NCBI GenBank assembly: GCA_002269645.1
Contig: NIVC01001553.1
Location: forward strand, 1-58,622
Origin: Macrostomum lignano
Lineage: Eukaryota
Length of the DNA stretch: 58,622 bases
Direction of reading: 5' to 3'
In this document: positions 10,101 to 20,500 of the stretch, piece after piece
Position numbering within the stretch: the stretch's first letter is position 1
Layout: each line of letters starts with the position of its first letter
The notes under the pieces: model-generated
Told to the model about the DNA's origin: nothing
Databases searched by the model: none
What the model saw: the letters and a program-made list of their open reading frames with translations, nothing else
Program-made: the position numbers and the translations under genes

Positions 10101-12162
10101 AAATTGGCAAGAAAGATAACATGATCAAAGCATAAGAACAGCCATGAGAGTACTATGTCCAACAAATTGGCTTTCTAAGCAGGAATGGGCAGACTTTTAC
10201 ATCAAAGGCCAGATAAAGAATCCAGCTCATGGCTGAGGGGCAGTTGAGAGTGGAGAGAAGAAGGAATAGACTATTCAAAAAGAGAGGAAAGGTGAGAGAG
10301 GGAATAAGGGAAAAGATAAAAGATAATAGGAGAGATGAGGGAGTGAGGATGATGAGAGGAGAGAGTAGAGAGGAGAGAGTAGAGGAGTGAGTAGAGGAGC
10401 AAGTAGAGGAGCGAGCAGAGTAGAGGAGTGAATAGAGGAGCGAGTAGAGAGTAGAGGAGCGAGTAGAGAGGAGAGTAGAGGAGTGAGTAGAGAGGAAAGA
10501 GTAGAAAAGCAAGTAGAGGAGCAAGTAGAGAGGAGAGAGTAGAGAGTAGAGTAGCAAGTGGAGAGGAGAGTGTAGAGGAGCAAATAGAGAAGAGAGAGCA
10601 GAGCTGCAGTTGAGAGGAGAGCAGAGAGAAGAGTTAGTAAAGATGAGAAAAGAGAGATGAGAAATGAGAGATGAGAGATAAAGGAGGAGAGTGGAGAGAG
10701 AAGAGACAAGACAAGAGAAGGAGAAAATATATAGAAGAGGGAAGAGAAGAGAAGAGGTGAAAGAAAAGAGTACAGAGGACAGAATAAGACAGCATAAAAG
10801 ACAGTAAAGATGACAGATGAAAGAGGGGAGATGAGCTGAGAGCAGAGACAAAAATGAAAAGATGAGAGATGGGAGAATAAAGAGAACAGAGGAGATATAA
10901 GAGAGAAGAGATTACAGAGACGAGAGGAGAGACTAAGGGAGAGAGAAGTGAGTAAGGCGAAAGGAGAGAAAAGAGGAGAATGGAGGGGAGAGAGTAGAGA
11001 GGAAAAGAAAGATGGGAGAGGAGATGAGAGAGAGCGGGGAAGCAAAGAGAGAGGGGGAAGCAGAGAGAGAGAAGGAAGCAAAGAGAAATGAAAAGAAATA
11101 AATGAGAAGAGACAAAAAAGAAAAGAGAGATCAGAGAGCAAAAAAAGATGAGAGAAGAGAGATGAAAAAGAGAAGAAAGGAAAGGAAAGAGAGCAAAGAG
11201 GAGAGACAAGGGACAAGAGAGAAGAGAGGAAACAGAAAAGAAAATAGAAGTTTCAAAGGATCCAAGGGACATAGGGAGAGTCAGAGGCAGAGGCCAGAGT
11301 TTGCCAATACATATTTTAGAGTCAAACAGACATTAATTGCCTATTTAACGTAAAAAGCACCCCAGCAAACAATATCAATGTTTGTCTCAAATCCAAATTT
11401 TACACGAATGTACTCTATTTTGTTTATCTCTATCTTACTAACTATTAAAAAGTTTTTGTTTGAGTATGGCCTCAGATCTCAGAGCACATACACAAATATT
11501 TCTGGGAATCGAATTCCCTGGGTTCAAAATTGACGGGTTTCAATACTTGTAATATAATATTATATATTATATATTATATATATATAATATAATATTAGCC
11601 AATTACCAACTAGCTACTCAAGCTTGACTTAACCACTCAAAATTTGTTGCTACTTTTACTACCCAATTTAAGCTTGGCTCAAACAAAAATCTAGGCTCAT
11701 TGATATTGGGACTCTATTGCAAGCCTATTGAAAAGTAGAAAGGAAAAAGAATAGAAGATTAGAGAAAAGAGGAGAGGCAAGATATAAAATGAGAAAGAAA
11801 ATATATAAGATAAAAAGAGAGAAGAGGGGAATGGGGTAGAGCTATAGAGAGAGCAAAGAGAAGAGGAGACTAAAAGAGAAAAACATATAAAATTCTAGAC
11901 CCAGTCACTCCTAGTCTCCTATGCCTATAAAAATTGGAATTCTACTCGCGCCTGATACCAAAATATTAATGCTGCCAACACTCTAACTTACACTACTCAC
12001 ATAAAAATGGAATATTAAAATTTTAATGTTGTAAGATATTATTTTAGGCCTAGTAAGGCCTAATTAAAATGGATTATAGGCCTAGCCTAGTCTAATATGT
12101 CACAAATATGTTCTATGTACAACAAATACTTATTTTAAAGCTTACCTATCTCTGCTGGACAT
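1169..12162 (-). CDS. DDX46: DEAD-box RNA helicase DDX46/Prp5 (spliceosomal); 3' part beyond window start
   Basis: Exons (minus strand, GT-AG): 12162-12146 (ATG TCC AGC AGA GAT AG|GTAAGC), 6964-5688, 4953-4557, 2616-2119, 1340-1169. RS/RD-rich N-terminus, [19 protein letters not shown] motif [28 protein letters not shown] (VLDEADRMF), SAT, ARGLD, HRCGRTGRAG. Apparent frameshifts near 6115, 5853, 2530, 2270. Confidence 0.95.
1483..2056. repeat. 44-bp minisatellite, about 13 copies, DDX46 intron
   Basis: Unit GAGGGTCAAAGGTGACAGCCTTTAGGTATTGTGAGGGAGAAGAT. Confidence 0.95.
2983..3660. mobile_element. Tc1/mariner-type MITE with long imperfect inverted arms
   Basis: TA|CGAGGCGTGCCC ... GGGCACGCCTCG|TA; arms about 2983-3147 and 3487-3660 are reverse complements (e.g. 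TATGGTTAGTTGAGTAGAGCAAGGTCG). Confidence 0.85.
3139..3411 (-). mobile_element. hAT-like non-autonomous element nested in the MITE
   Basis: Minus strand begins CAGAGGTCGGCAAACTCCGGCCCGCAAGCCACATGCGGCCC, a typical hAT MITE terminus; internal AG-rich tract; opposite end degenerate. Confidence 0.7.
3728..4032 (-). mobile_element. tRNA-derived SINE family A (CORE-like central domain)
   Basis: Near-identical to 30776-31075 on the opposite strand; pol III A/B-box-like head, GTGTCCTTGAGCAAGACACT...CAGCTGTAAAATGGG domain, (ATT)-rich tail. Confidence 0.85.
4954..5640. repeat. About 23-bp minisatellite, DDX46 intron, abuts the 3' splice site
   Basis: Unit CAGGGATGGAAGCAGAGGATATG with variants. Confidence 0.95.
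7079..7350 (+). mobile_element. hAT-like element, same terminus family as 3139-3411
   Basis: CAGGGGCTGGCAAACTCTGGCCCGCGAGCCACATG then CT-rich tract and GAGCTAGATTCTTCATCTGGC; right end not found. Confidence 0.6.
7787..8508. mobile_element. MITE-like element with about 70-bp imperfect terminal inverted repeats
   Basis: TCCACATTCTAGATTGTGTAGTATATGCCCAAAAA... versus ...TTTTTGGGCATATACTACATGATCCAGAGTATGGA; no clear TSD. Confidence 0.65.
8795..9091. mobile_element. 297-bp hAT-like MITE carrying a 28S rRNA fragment
   Basis: Perfect 14-bp TIR CATACATGCGCAAC/GTTGCGCATGTATG and perfect 8-bp TSD AAACCGCT (8787-8794, 9092-9099). Confidence 0.9.
8921..8983 (+). other. About 63-bp diverged fragment of LSU (28S) rRNA, H69-H71 region; not a functional rRNA gene
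   Basis: GGGTAAACGGCAGGAGTAACTATGACTGTCTTATTAAGCCAAAATGCCTCGTCAGCTACTTAG versus recalled conserved GGGTAAACGGCGGGAGTAACTATGACTCTCTTAAGGTAGCCAAATGCCTCGTCATCTAATTAG. Confidence 0.88.
10190..11310 (-). mobile_element. Related element in inverted orientation with about 1 kb expanded AG-rich simple repeat
   Basis: GGCCAGAGTTTGCCAA near 11295-11310 is the reverse complement of the 7079 terminus; reverse complement near 10205-10230 (GAGCTGGATTCTTTATCTGGC) matches 7317-7337; 10230-11280 is low-complexity GA sequence. Confidence 0.55.
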
Positions 12163-12906
12163 TGTGGTTTACGGCCTACGCTGCCGATTTAATTCAATGC
12201 TCAAATGTTCTAATGACGTTGTCAATGATATGCAAATTGCAAATATTTATCAAGCAAAAACAAAATCTCTGGTTGCATCATATTTGAATTTTAAAGCATC
12301 GTAATCGTCACGTCATAACAAAAAATGTGAATCTGTTGGCTCTAATGGTTTCAGGCGCTAACTTTTACTAGAATCCTAAAAGCGCAAAAAGACTGAGTAA
12401 TAATAAGTTATTTATGTTTTTTTAAGACACTATTAAGATAATGGAGCGATGTTCTTTCTGATTTAACGTAAAAGTCTAAAATTAATCGTTTGTTACTCAT
12501 TGTATAATATTATACTTTCATTATAGGCCTAGCCTAGTCTAATATGTCACAAATATGTTCTATGTACAACAAATACTTATTTTAAAGCTTACCTATCTCT
12601 GCTGGACATTGCGGTTTACGGCCTACGCTGCCGATTTAATTCAATGCTCAAATGTTTTAATGACGTTGTCAATGATATGCAAATTGCAAATATTTAATCA
12701 AGCAAAAACAAAATCTCTGGTTGCATCATGTTTTCTGGTTTTCAGGTGCTAACTTTTACTAGAATCCTAAAAGCACAAAAAGACTGAGTAATAATAAGTT
12801 ATGTTTTTTTAAAGACACTATTAAGATAATGTAGCGATGTTCTTTCTGATTTAACGTAAAAGTCTAAAATTAATCGTTTGTTACTCATTGTTTAATTATA
12901 CTTTCA
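12074..12906. repeat. Tandem duplication (447-bp offset) including the DDX46 start microexon
   Basis: 12074-12520 and 12521-12906 are near identical; the second copy lacks about 60 bp. Confidence 0.92.
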
Positions 12907-14598
12907 AGGAAAGCCCGCTATGCATCCTCATGTACATCTAAACGCCATAACGGTTAGTTCACCAATTTTATGCATGTCACGTGTACGCACTTTGTTTTAG
13001 TTTTTAAGTTTTTTTAAGACTTCATGCTAAACTACATGTTTGCAGCTTTAAAAGCCCGCCGGCAAATTGACTGGAACGGCCTGTGAAATGATGAAAGCAT
13101 GACTTACTATGCCCTTGACTAAATAAGACTTCTTTAGTTTGATTTATTACAAGCATATAGCGTACTCGTACAAGCAGTAGTATTAGGACAAATTACTAAG
13201 GCTTTGAAAAGCGATTCCGCAAGTGTTGGAGAATTTTAGTAATTACGTCTTCAAAATTTTAATTCAAAAATTGACGGTGAATCTTATTAGAAAAAAATAG
13301 TACGGACTGCTCGATAAAGCAGGTGTGGCAGGGTAAGTAGCGGGAAATCAAAAAGATGTATTATGTACAATTCCTGCATAGAACATATAATAGCTCGTAA
13401 GCAACTAGTTGCGAGGCCAACTGCGAAGGCAACCAAAAAATAGATACGAAAAGGTGCGATATATTCGGACAAAAAACTATTCGGCGAATTTCTGAATCTC
13501 CAATCGCACGCGGCTGTATAACAGAGACTGACTAGAGTACAATTAAAGTCTCGAATAATCGTTAGGAGCAATAATTAAGGCCAACAATTTTCATGTACTA
13601 GGCAAATAGAGATATAATATAGCAATTCTATATGAATATGACTATTGTATATATGTAGAAAATCAGATTAGCACAGCAACAAATGTGATAAGGAAAACGC
13701 AGTCCAAAAAACAGAGGATTCCCCCTCTCTATTAGGCCCAGATTAACGGAGTCCAATTAAACTGATGCGGGAAACCGCATGCGACTAAAATCAGGCAGTT
13801 GAGGCGATTTTAAACAAACAAAAAATGAGACAATGGACAAACATGGCTTCAACACATAGCACACACACATGCCTACATATATATTTTCATATTGTAGGCA
13901 AGGACAGAAACCCGACAGACAGCTAGAAGCGAGATGTAAGCGAGACAATGTCGGAGCAAATTGTGTACGGACATAAATATTGGCTAGCTATGCACACATG
14001 GCAAAGGCTTAGAGACATTAATGACAGAGCTGATATACACATCAATAATCAACTCTGACGAGTCATCGATCCGGGTAGCAACTACAGAATTAAGGAAATT
14101 AAGATTAGCACCGATACAAAAGTGAATCAGTTCAACTTCACTCAAGCATCATCTAATTCGACAATTCAAAACTATTCCGCTCTCTACAGTTCTGTTAATA
14201 GTCTAAGAAATTTGCAAGGATACGAAATTTATAGTTTTGACCAGTGGTACTCGGAACAATTACAGAACTGGCATAAACTGACAATTTGCCGCCTAACCAA
14301 GTGGATAATAACAATGCGAGGGAAGGGGGCGGGTTGCAAAATAACACCAAATATTTAAACAGATATGAGCACAGAGAATAGCGCGCCGCAGTGCAAGACA
14401 CGGTGCTAATTAGCAGTATCAGTTGAACGCGGCGTCACTTTGTGGAAGAAAAGGTAGAGACAATATCGATGAATGAATTAACGGTTTAATGAAAATTGTC
14501 ACCTCCTGACGACAAGGCCTACGCAGTCTTTTTCTCTAGATTTGTTGCTTTCAGGATATCGCCACCAGCAGCGGCCCAAGGGGCCTGTAATTTTATGC

Positions 14599-17500
14599 TC
14601 AGTGATCGTGCAGGTGCAAAATGTGGCCAAAGTTCAGCAGAGAGTGGGACGGTGGCGGATGCTCGCGCAGGTAGGTAGACACGGACTGGGCCTTGGCAAG
14701 CTCTTCCATGTAGGGCAGGAGGTCGCGCAGCTCAGTGTCCGATCTGTCGCCTAGCCAGGTTTTCACCTGAATCTGCAACGGGTGCAACGGATTAGCGATA
14801 GGCTGACTGCCAGTCATGAGGTTGTGCAGTATCGATAGAGATGTCACAGTGCCACTGGAGTGCCAGTGTTTGCAGTGGAGTGCCAGTGTATGCAGTGGAG
14901 TGCCAGTGTATGCACTGGAGTGACAGTGTTTGCAGTGGAGTGACAGTGGATGCAGTGGAGTGCCAGTGGATGCAGTGGAGTGCCACTGGAGTGCCAGTGG
15001 ATGCAGTGGAGTGCCAGTGTATGCAGTGAAGTGCCAGTGTATGCAGTGGAGTGCCAGTGTATGCAGTGCAGTGCCAGTGGATGCAGTGGAGTGCCAGTGT
15101 ATGCAGTGGAGTGCCAGTGTATGCAGTGGAGTGCCAGTGTATGCAGTGGAGTGCCAGTGTATGCAGTGTAGTGCCAGTGTATGCAGTGGAGTGCCAGTGT
15201 ATGCAGTGGAGTGCCAGTGTATGCAGTGGAGTGCCAGTGGATGCAGTGGAGTGCCAGTGTATGCAGTGGAGTGCCACTGGAGTGCCAGTGTATGCAGTGG
15301 AGTGCCAGTGTATGCAGTGGAGTGCCAGTGTATGCAGTGGAGTGCCAGTGGATGCAGTGGAGTGCCAGTGTATGCAGTGGAGTGCCAGTGGATGCAGTGG
15401 AGCGCCAGTGGATGCAGTGGAGTGCCAGTGTATGCAGTGAAGTGCCACTGGAGTGCCAGTGTATGCAGTGGAGTGCCAGTGTATGCAGTGGAGTGCCAGT
15501 GTATGCAGTGGAGTGCCAGTGTATGCAGTGGAGTGCCAGTGTATGCAGTGGAGTGCCAGTGTATGCAGTGGAGTGCCAGTTTGTGCAGTAGAGTGCCATT
15601 GGATGCAGTGGAGTGCCAGTGTATGCAGTGGAGTGCCAGTGTATGCAGTGGAGTGCCAGTGGATGCAGTGGAGTGCCAGTGTATGCAGTGGAGTGCCAGT
15701 GGATGCAGTGGAGTGCCAGTGTATGCAGTGGAGTGCCACTGGAGTGCCAGTGTATGCAGTGGAGTGCCAGTGTATGCAGTGGAGTGCCAGTGTATGCAGT
15801 GGAGTGCCAGTGGATGCAGTGGAGTGCCAGTGTATGCAGTGGAGTGCCAGTGTATGCAGTGGAGTGCCAGTGTATGCAGTGGAGTGCCAGTGGATGCAGT
15901 GGAGTGCCAGTGTATGCAGTGGAGTGCCAGTGTATGCAGTGTAGTGCCAGTGTATGCAGTGGAGTGCCAGTGTATGCAGTGGAGTGCCAGTGTGTGTAGT
16001 GGAGTGCCAGTATGTGCAGTGGAGTGCCACTGGAGTGCCAGTGTATGCAGTAGAGTGCCATTGGATGCAGTGGAGTGCCAGTGTATGCAGTGGAGTGCCA
16101 GTGGATGCAGTGGAGCGCCAGTGGATGCAGTGGAGTGCCAGTGTATGCAGTGAAGTGCCACTGGAGTGCCAGTGTATGCAGTGGAGTGCCAGTGTATGCA
16201 GTGGAGTGCCAGTGGATGCAGTGGAGTGCCAGTGTATGCAGTGGAGTGCCAGTGTATGCAGTGGAGTGCCAGTGTATGCAGTGGAGTGCCAGTGTATGCA
16301 GTGGAGTGCCAGTGTGTGCAGTGGAGTGCCAGTGTATGCAGTGGAGTGCCAGTGTATGCAGTGGAGTGCCAGTGGATGCAGTGGAGTGCCAGTGTATGCA
16401 GTGGAGTGCCAGTGTATGCAGTGGAGTGCCAGTGGATGCAGTGGAGTGCCAGTGTATGCAGTGGAGTGCCAGTGGATGCAGTGGAGTGCCAGTGTATGCA
16501 GTGGAGTGCCAGTGTATGCAGTGGAGTGCCAGTGTATGCAGTGGAGTGCCAGTGTATGCAGTGGAGTGCCAGTGTATGCAGTGGAGTGCCAGTGTATGCA
16601 GTGGAGTGCCAGTGTATGCAGTGGAGTGCCAGTGTATGCAGTGGAGTGCCAGTGTATGCAGTGGAGTGCCACTGGAGTGCCAGTGGATGCAGTGGAGTGC
16701 CAGTGTATGCAGTGGAGTGCCAGTGTATGCAGTGGAGTGCCAGTGTGTGCAGTAGAGTGCCATTGGATGCAGTGGAGTGCCAGTGTATGCAGTGGAGTGC
16801 CAGTGTATGCAGTGGAGTGCCAGTGGATGCAGTGGAGTGCCAGTGTATGCAGTGGAGTGCCAGTGGATGCAGTGGAGTGCCAGTGTATGCAGTGGAGTGC
16901 CACTGGAGTGCCAGTGTATGCAGTGGAGTGCCAGTGTATGCAGTGGAGTGCCAGTGTATGCAGTGGAGTGCCAGTGGATGCAGTGGAGTGCCAGTGTATG
17001 CAGTGGAGTGCCAGTGTATGCAGTGGAGTGCCAGTGTATGCAGTGGAGTGCCAGTGGATGCAGTGGAGTGCCAGTGTATGCAGTGGAGTGCCAGTGTATG
17101 CAGTGTAGTGCCAGTGTATGCAGTGGAGTGCCAGTGTATGCAGTGGAGTGCCAGTGTGTGTAGTGGAGTGCCAGTATGTGCAGTGGAGTGCCACTGGAGT
17201 GCCAGTGTATGCAGTAGAGTGCCATTGGATGCAGTGGAGTGCCAGTGTATGCAGTGGAGTGCCAGTGGATGCAGTGGAGCGCCAGTGGATGCAGTGGAGT
17301 GCCAGTGTATGCAGTGAAGTGCCACTGGAGTGCCAGTGTATGCAGTGGAGTGCCAGTGTATGCAGTGGAGTGCCAGTGGATGCAGTGGAGTGCCAGTGTA
17401 TGCAGTGGAGTGCCAGTGTATGCAGTGGAGTGCCAGTGTATGCAGTGGAGTGCCAGTGTATGCAGTGGAGTGCCAGTGTGTGCAGTGGAGTGCCAGTGTA

Positions 17501-20500
17501 TGCAGTGGAGTGCCAGTGTATGCAGTGGAGTGCCAGTGTATGCAGTGGAGTGCCAGTGTATGCAGTGGAGTGCCAGTGTATGCAGTGGAGTGCCACTGGA
17601 GTGCCAGTGGATGCAGTGGAGTGCCAGTGTATGCAGTGGAGTGCCAGTGTATGCAGTGGAGTGCCAGTGTGTGCAGTAGAGTGCCATTGGATGCAGTGGA
17701 GTGCCAGTGTATGCAGTGGAGTGCCAGTGTATGCAGTGGAGTGCCAGTGGATGCAGTGGAGTGCCAGTGTATGCAGTGGAGTGCCAGTGGATGCAGTGGA
17801 GTGCCAGTGTATGCAGTGGAGTGCCACTGGAGTGCCAGTGTATGCAGTGGAGTGCCAGTGTATGCAGTGGAGTGCCAGTGTATGCAGTGGAGTGCCAGTG
17901 GATGCAGTGGAGTGCCAGTGTATGCAGTGGAGTGCCAGTGTATGCAGTGGAGTGCCAGTGTATGCAGTGGAGTGCCAGTGGATGCAGTGGAGTGCCAGTG
18001 TATGCAGTGGAGTGCCAGTGTATGCAGTGTAGTGCCAGTGTATGCAGTGGAGTGCCAGTGTATGCAGTGGAGTGCCAGTGTGTGTAGTGGAGTGCCAGTA
18101 TGTGCAGTGGAGTGCCACTGGAGTGCCAGTGTATGCAGTAGAGTGCCATTGGATGCAGTGGAGTGCCAGTGTATGCAGTGGAGTGCCAGTGGATGCAGTG
18201 GAGCGCCAGTGGATGCAGTGGAGTGCCAGTGTATGCAGTGAAGTGCCACTGGAGTGCCAGTGTATGCAGTGGAGTGCCAGTGTATGCAGTGGAGTGCCAG
18301 TGGATGCAGTGGAGTGCCAGTGTATGCAGTGGAGTGCCAGTGTATGCAGTGGAGTGCCAGTGTATGCAGTGGAGTGCCAGTGTATGCAGTGGAGTGCCAG
18401 TGTGTGCAGTGGAGTGCCAGTGTATGCAGTGGAGTGCCAGTGTATGCAGTGGAGTGCCAGTGGATGCAGTGGAGTGCCAGTGTATGCAGTGGAGTGCCAG
18501 TGTATGCAGTGGAGTGCCAGTGGATGCAGTGGAGTGCCAGTGTATGCAGTGGAGTGCCAGTGGATGCAGTGGAGTGCCAGTGTATGCAGTGGAGTGCCAG
18601 TGTATGCAGTGGAGTGCCAGTGTATGCAGTGGAGTGCCAGTGGATGCAGTGGAGTGCCAGTGTATGCAGTGGAGTGCCACTGGAGTGCCAGTGTATGCAG
18701 TGGAGTGCCAGTGTATGCAGTGGAGTGCCAGTGTATGCAGTGGAGTGCCAGTGTATGCAGTGGAGTGCCACTGGAGTGCCAGTGGATGCAGTGGAGTGCC
18801 AGTGTATGCAGTGGAGTGCCAGTGGATGCAGTGGAGTGCCAGTGGATGTAGCGCAAGAGGTAGAAGCAGATAATCGCTTAGGGTTTAACAAATAAAGCTA
18901 CAAATATTCAAGCAATACTACTAAGTAGTGCGACTAAGACGTGCACAAAGCAGCGTACCGCATTCTCCTTATTCAGCATGTAGGAGGCTGGCGAGTTGTC
19001 AATGATGACGCACCGATCAACGGGCCGGCCTAGAAGCGACAAATCTTTCACGTAATTGTCGCAGTGAAAGACGCAGGCCTCGCGGAACAGCCGGTACTTG
19101 AGGGCGCCCCACTTGTCCAAGTGGTCCGACACCGGGTCCGCGTACTGGAGACGAAATTAGTGAAATTGACACATTGATAGCTCAGATAAGAGCTACAACG
19201 AAAGGAAAGCTTTTCTATTGGTTTCTTTGTACTAATTATTATATTTCCAGTACTTGAGTACCTATTGTAACGATACAAGAGCTAGAAGGCTACATTTTAA
19301 AGCCATATTTTATACCTAGACACATTGCACCCCGACGGTTAAGCAGGAGGACGACGGCTGGTTCTGCGAGAATCTGTGCGAGACAAAAATCGTATCCGGC
19401 ATAATTCCCGCCCCTGGATGGGGAGCGAGCTCAGTCGTCTTAAGGGGAAAGTGCAAAAGAATATAGGCTTAGTGTCTAGCCTGCGAAGTGAGCCGACTCC
19501 GAGCTGGAACAGAGATGCATGAAGAGAACACATCCGAGATGATTCTGTGCGGATGGGGGAATGGATTAGTCTGTGCTGCTGCCGGAACTCTACGCCCGGC
19601 TTACGCTGCAGGCTGCAAGACTCCGCAGTCTGCAAGGCAACGCCTTTCCTGGAATAGAGCAAGCATTCCCGAGATTCAAAAGGGGCGATTTTCCTGGAAT
19701 AGAGCAAGCATTCCCGAGATTCAAAAGGGGCGATTTTCCTGGAATAGAGCAAGCATTCCGTAGATTCAAAAGAGGCGATTTTCCTGGAATAGAGCAAGCA
19801 TTCCCGAGATTCAAAAGAGGTGATTTTCCTGGAATAGAGCAAGCATTCCATAGATTCAAAAGGGGCGATTTTCCTGGAATAGAGCAAGCATTCCGTAGAT
19901 TCAAAAGAGGCGATTTTCCTGGAATAGAGCAAGCATTCCGTAGATTCAAAAGGGGCGATTTTCCTGGAATAGAGCAAGCATTCCGTAGATTCAAAAGAGG
20001 CGATTTTCCTGGAATAGAGCAAGCATTCCGTAGATTCAAAAGAGGCGATTTTCCTGGAATAGAGCAAGCATTCCGTAGATTCAAAAGGGGCGATTTTCCT
20101 GGAATAGAGCAAGCATTCCGTAGATTCAAAAGAGGCGATTTTCCTGGAATAGAGCAAGCATTCCGTAGATTCAAAAGAGGCGATTTTCCTGGAATAGAGC
20201 AAGCATTCCGTAGATTCAAAAGGGGCGATTTTCCTGGAATAGATGAAGCACTTGAAGGAGAACCAAAGGACGATTTATCTGAAATAGATGAAGCATTCGG
20301 AAGTGATTCATTGGGGAATTTAAGAAAAGGTTAATGATTTGATGGCGAACACTAACTAGTACAGACATGTCCTTAAAAGCTTCTTTCGCAGAGAAGTCCT
20401 ACACTGTGTAAAGCACAAGAACACAGAATACAGCTATATTCCGCTCTAGGCTAAGGCGTGTACGCACAAGCGGCTTAGCTGTTTTTGATCGCACGGACAC

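Noticed and set aside
14599-18895. Very long ORFs (up to 1430 aa) on both strands
   Set aside because: Translations of a stop-free 20-bp satellite; only the last 57 codons are a real CTDSP exon.
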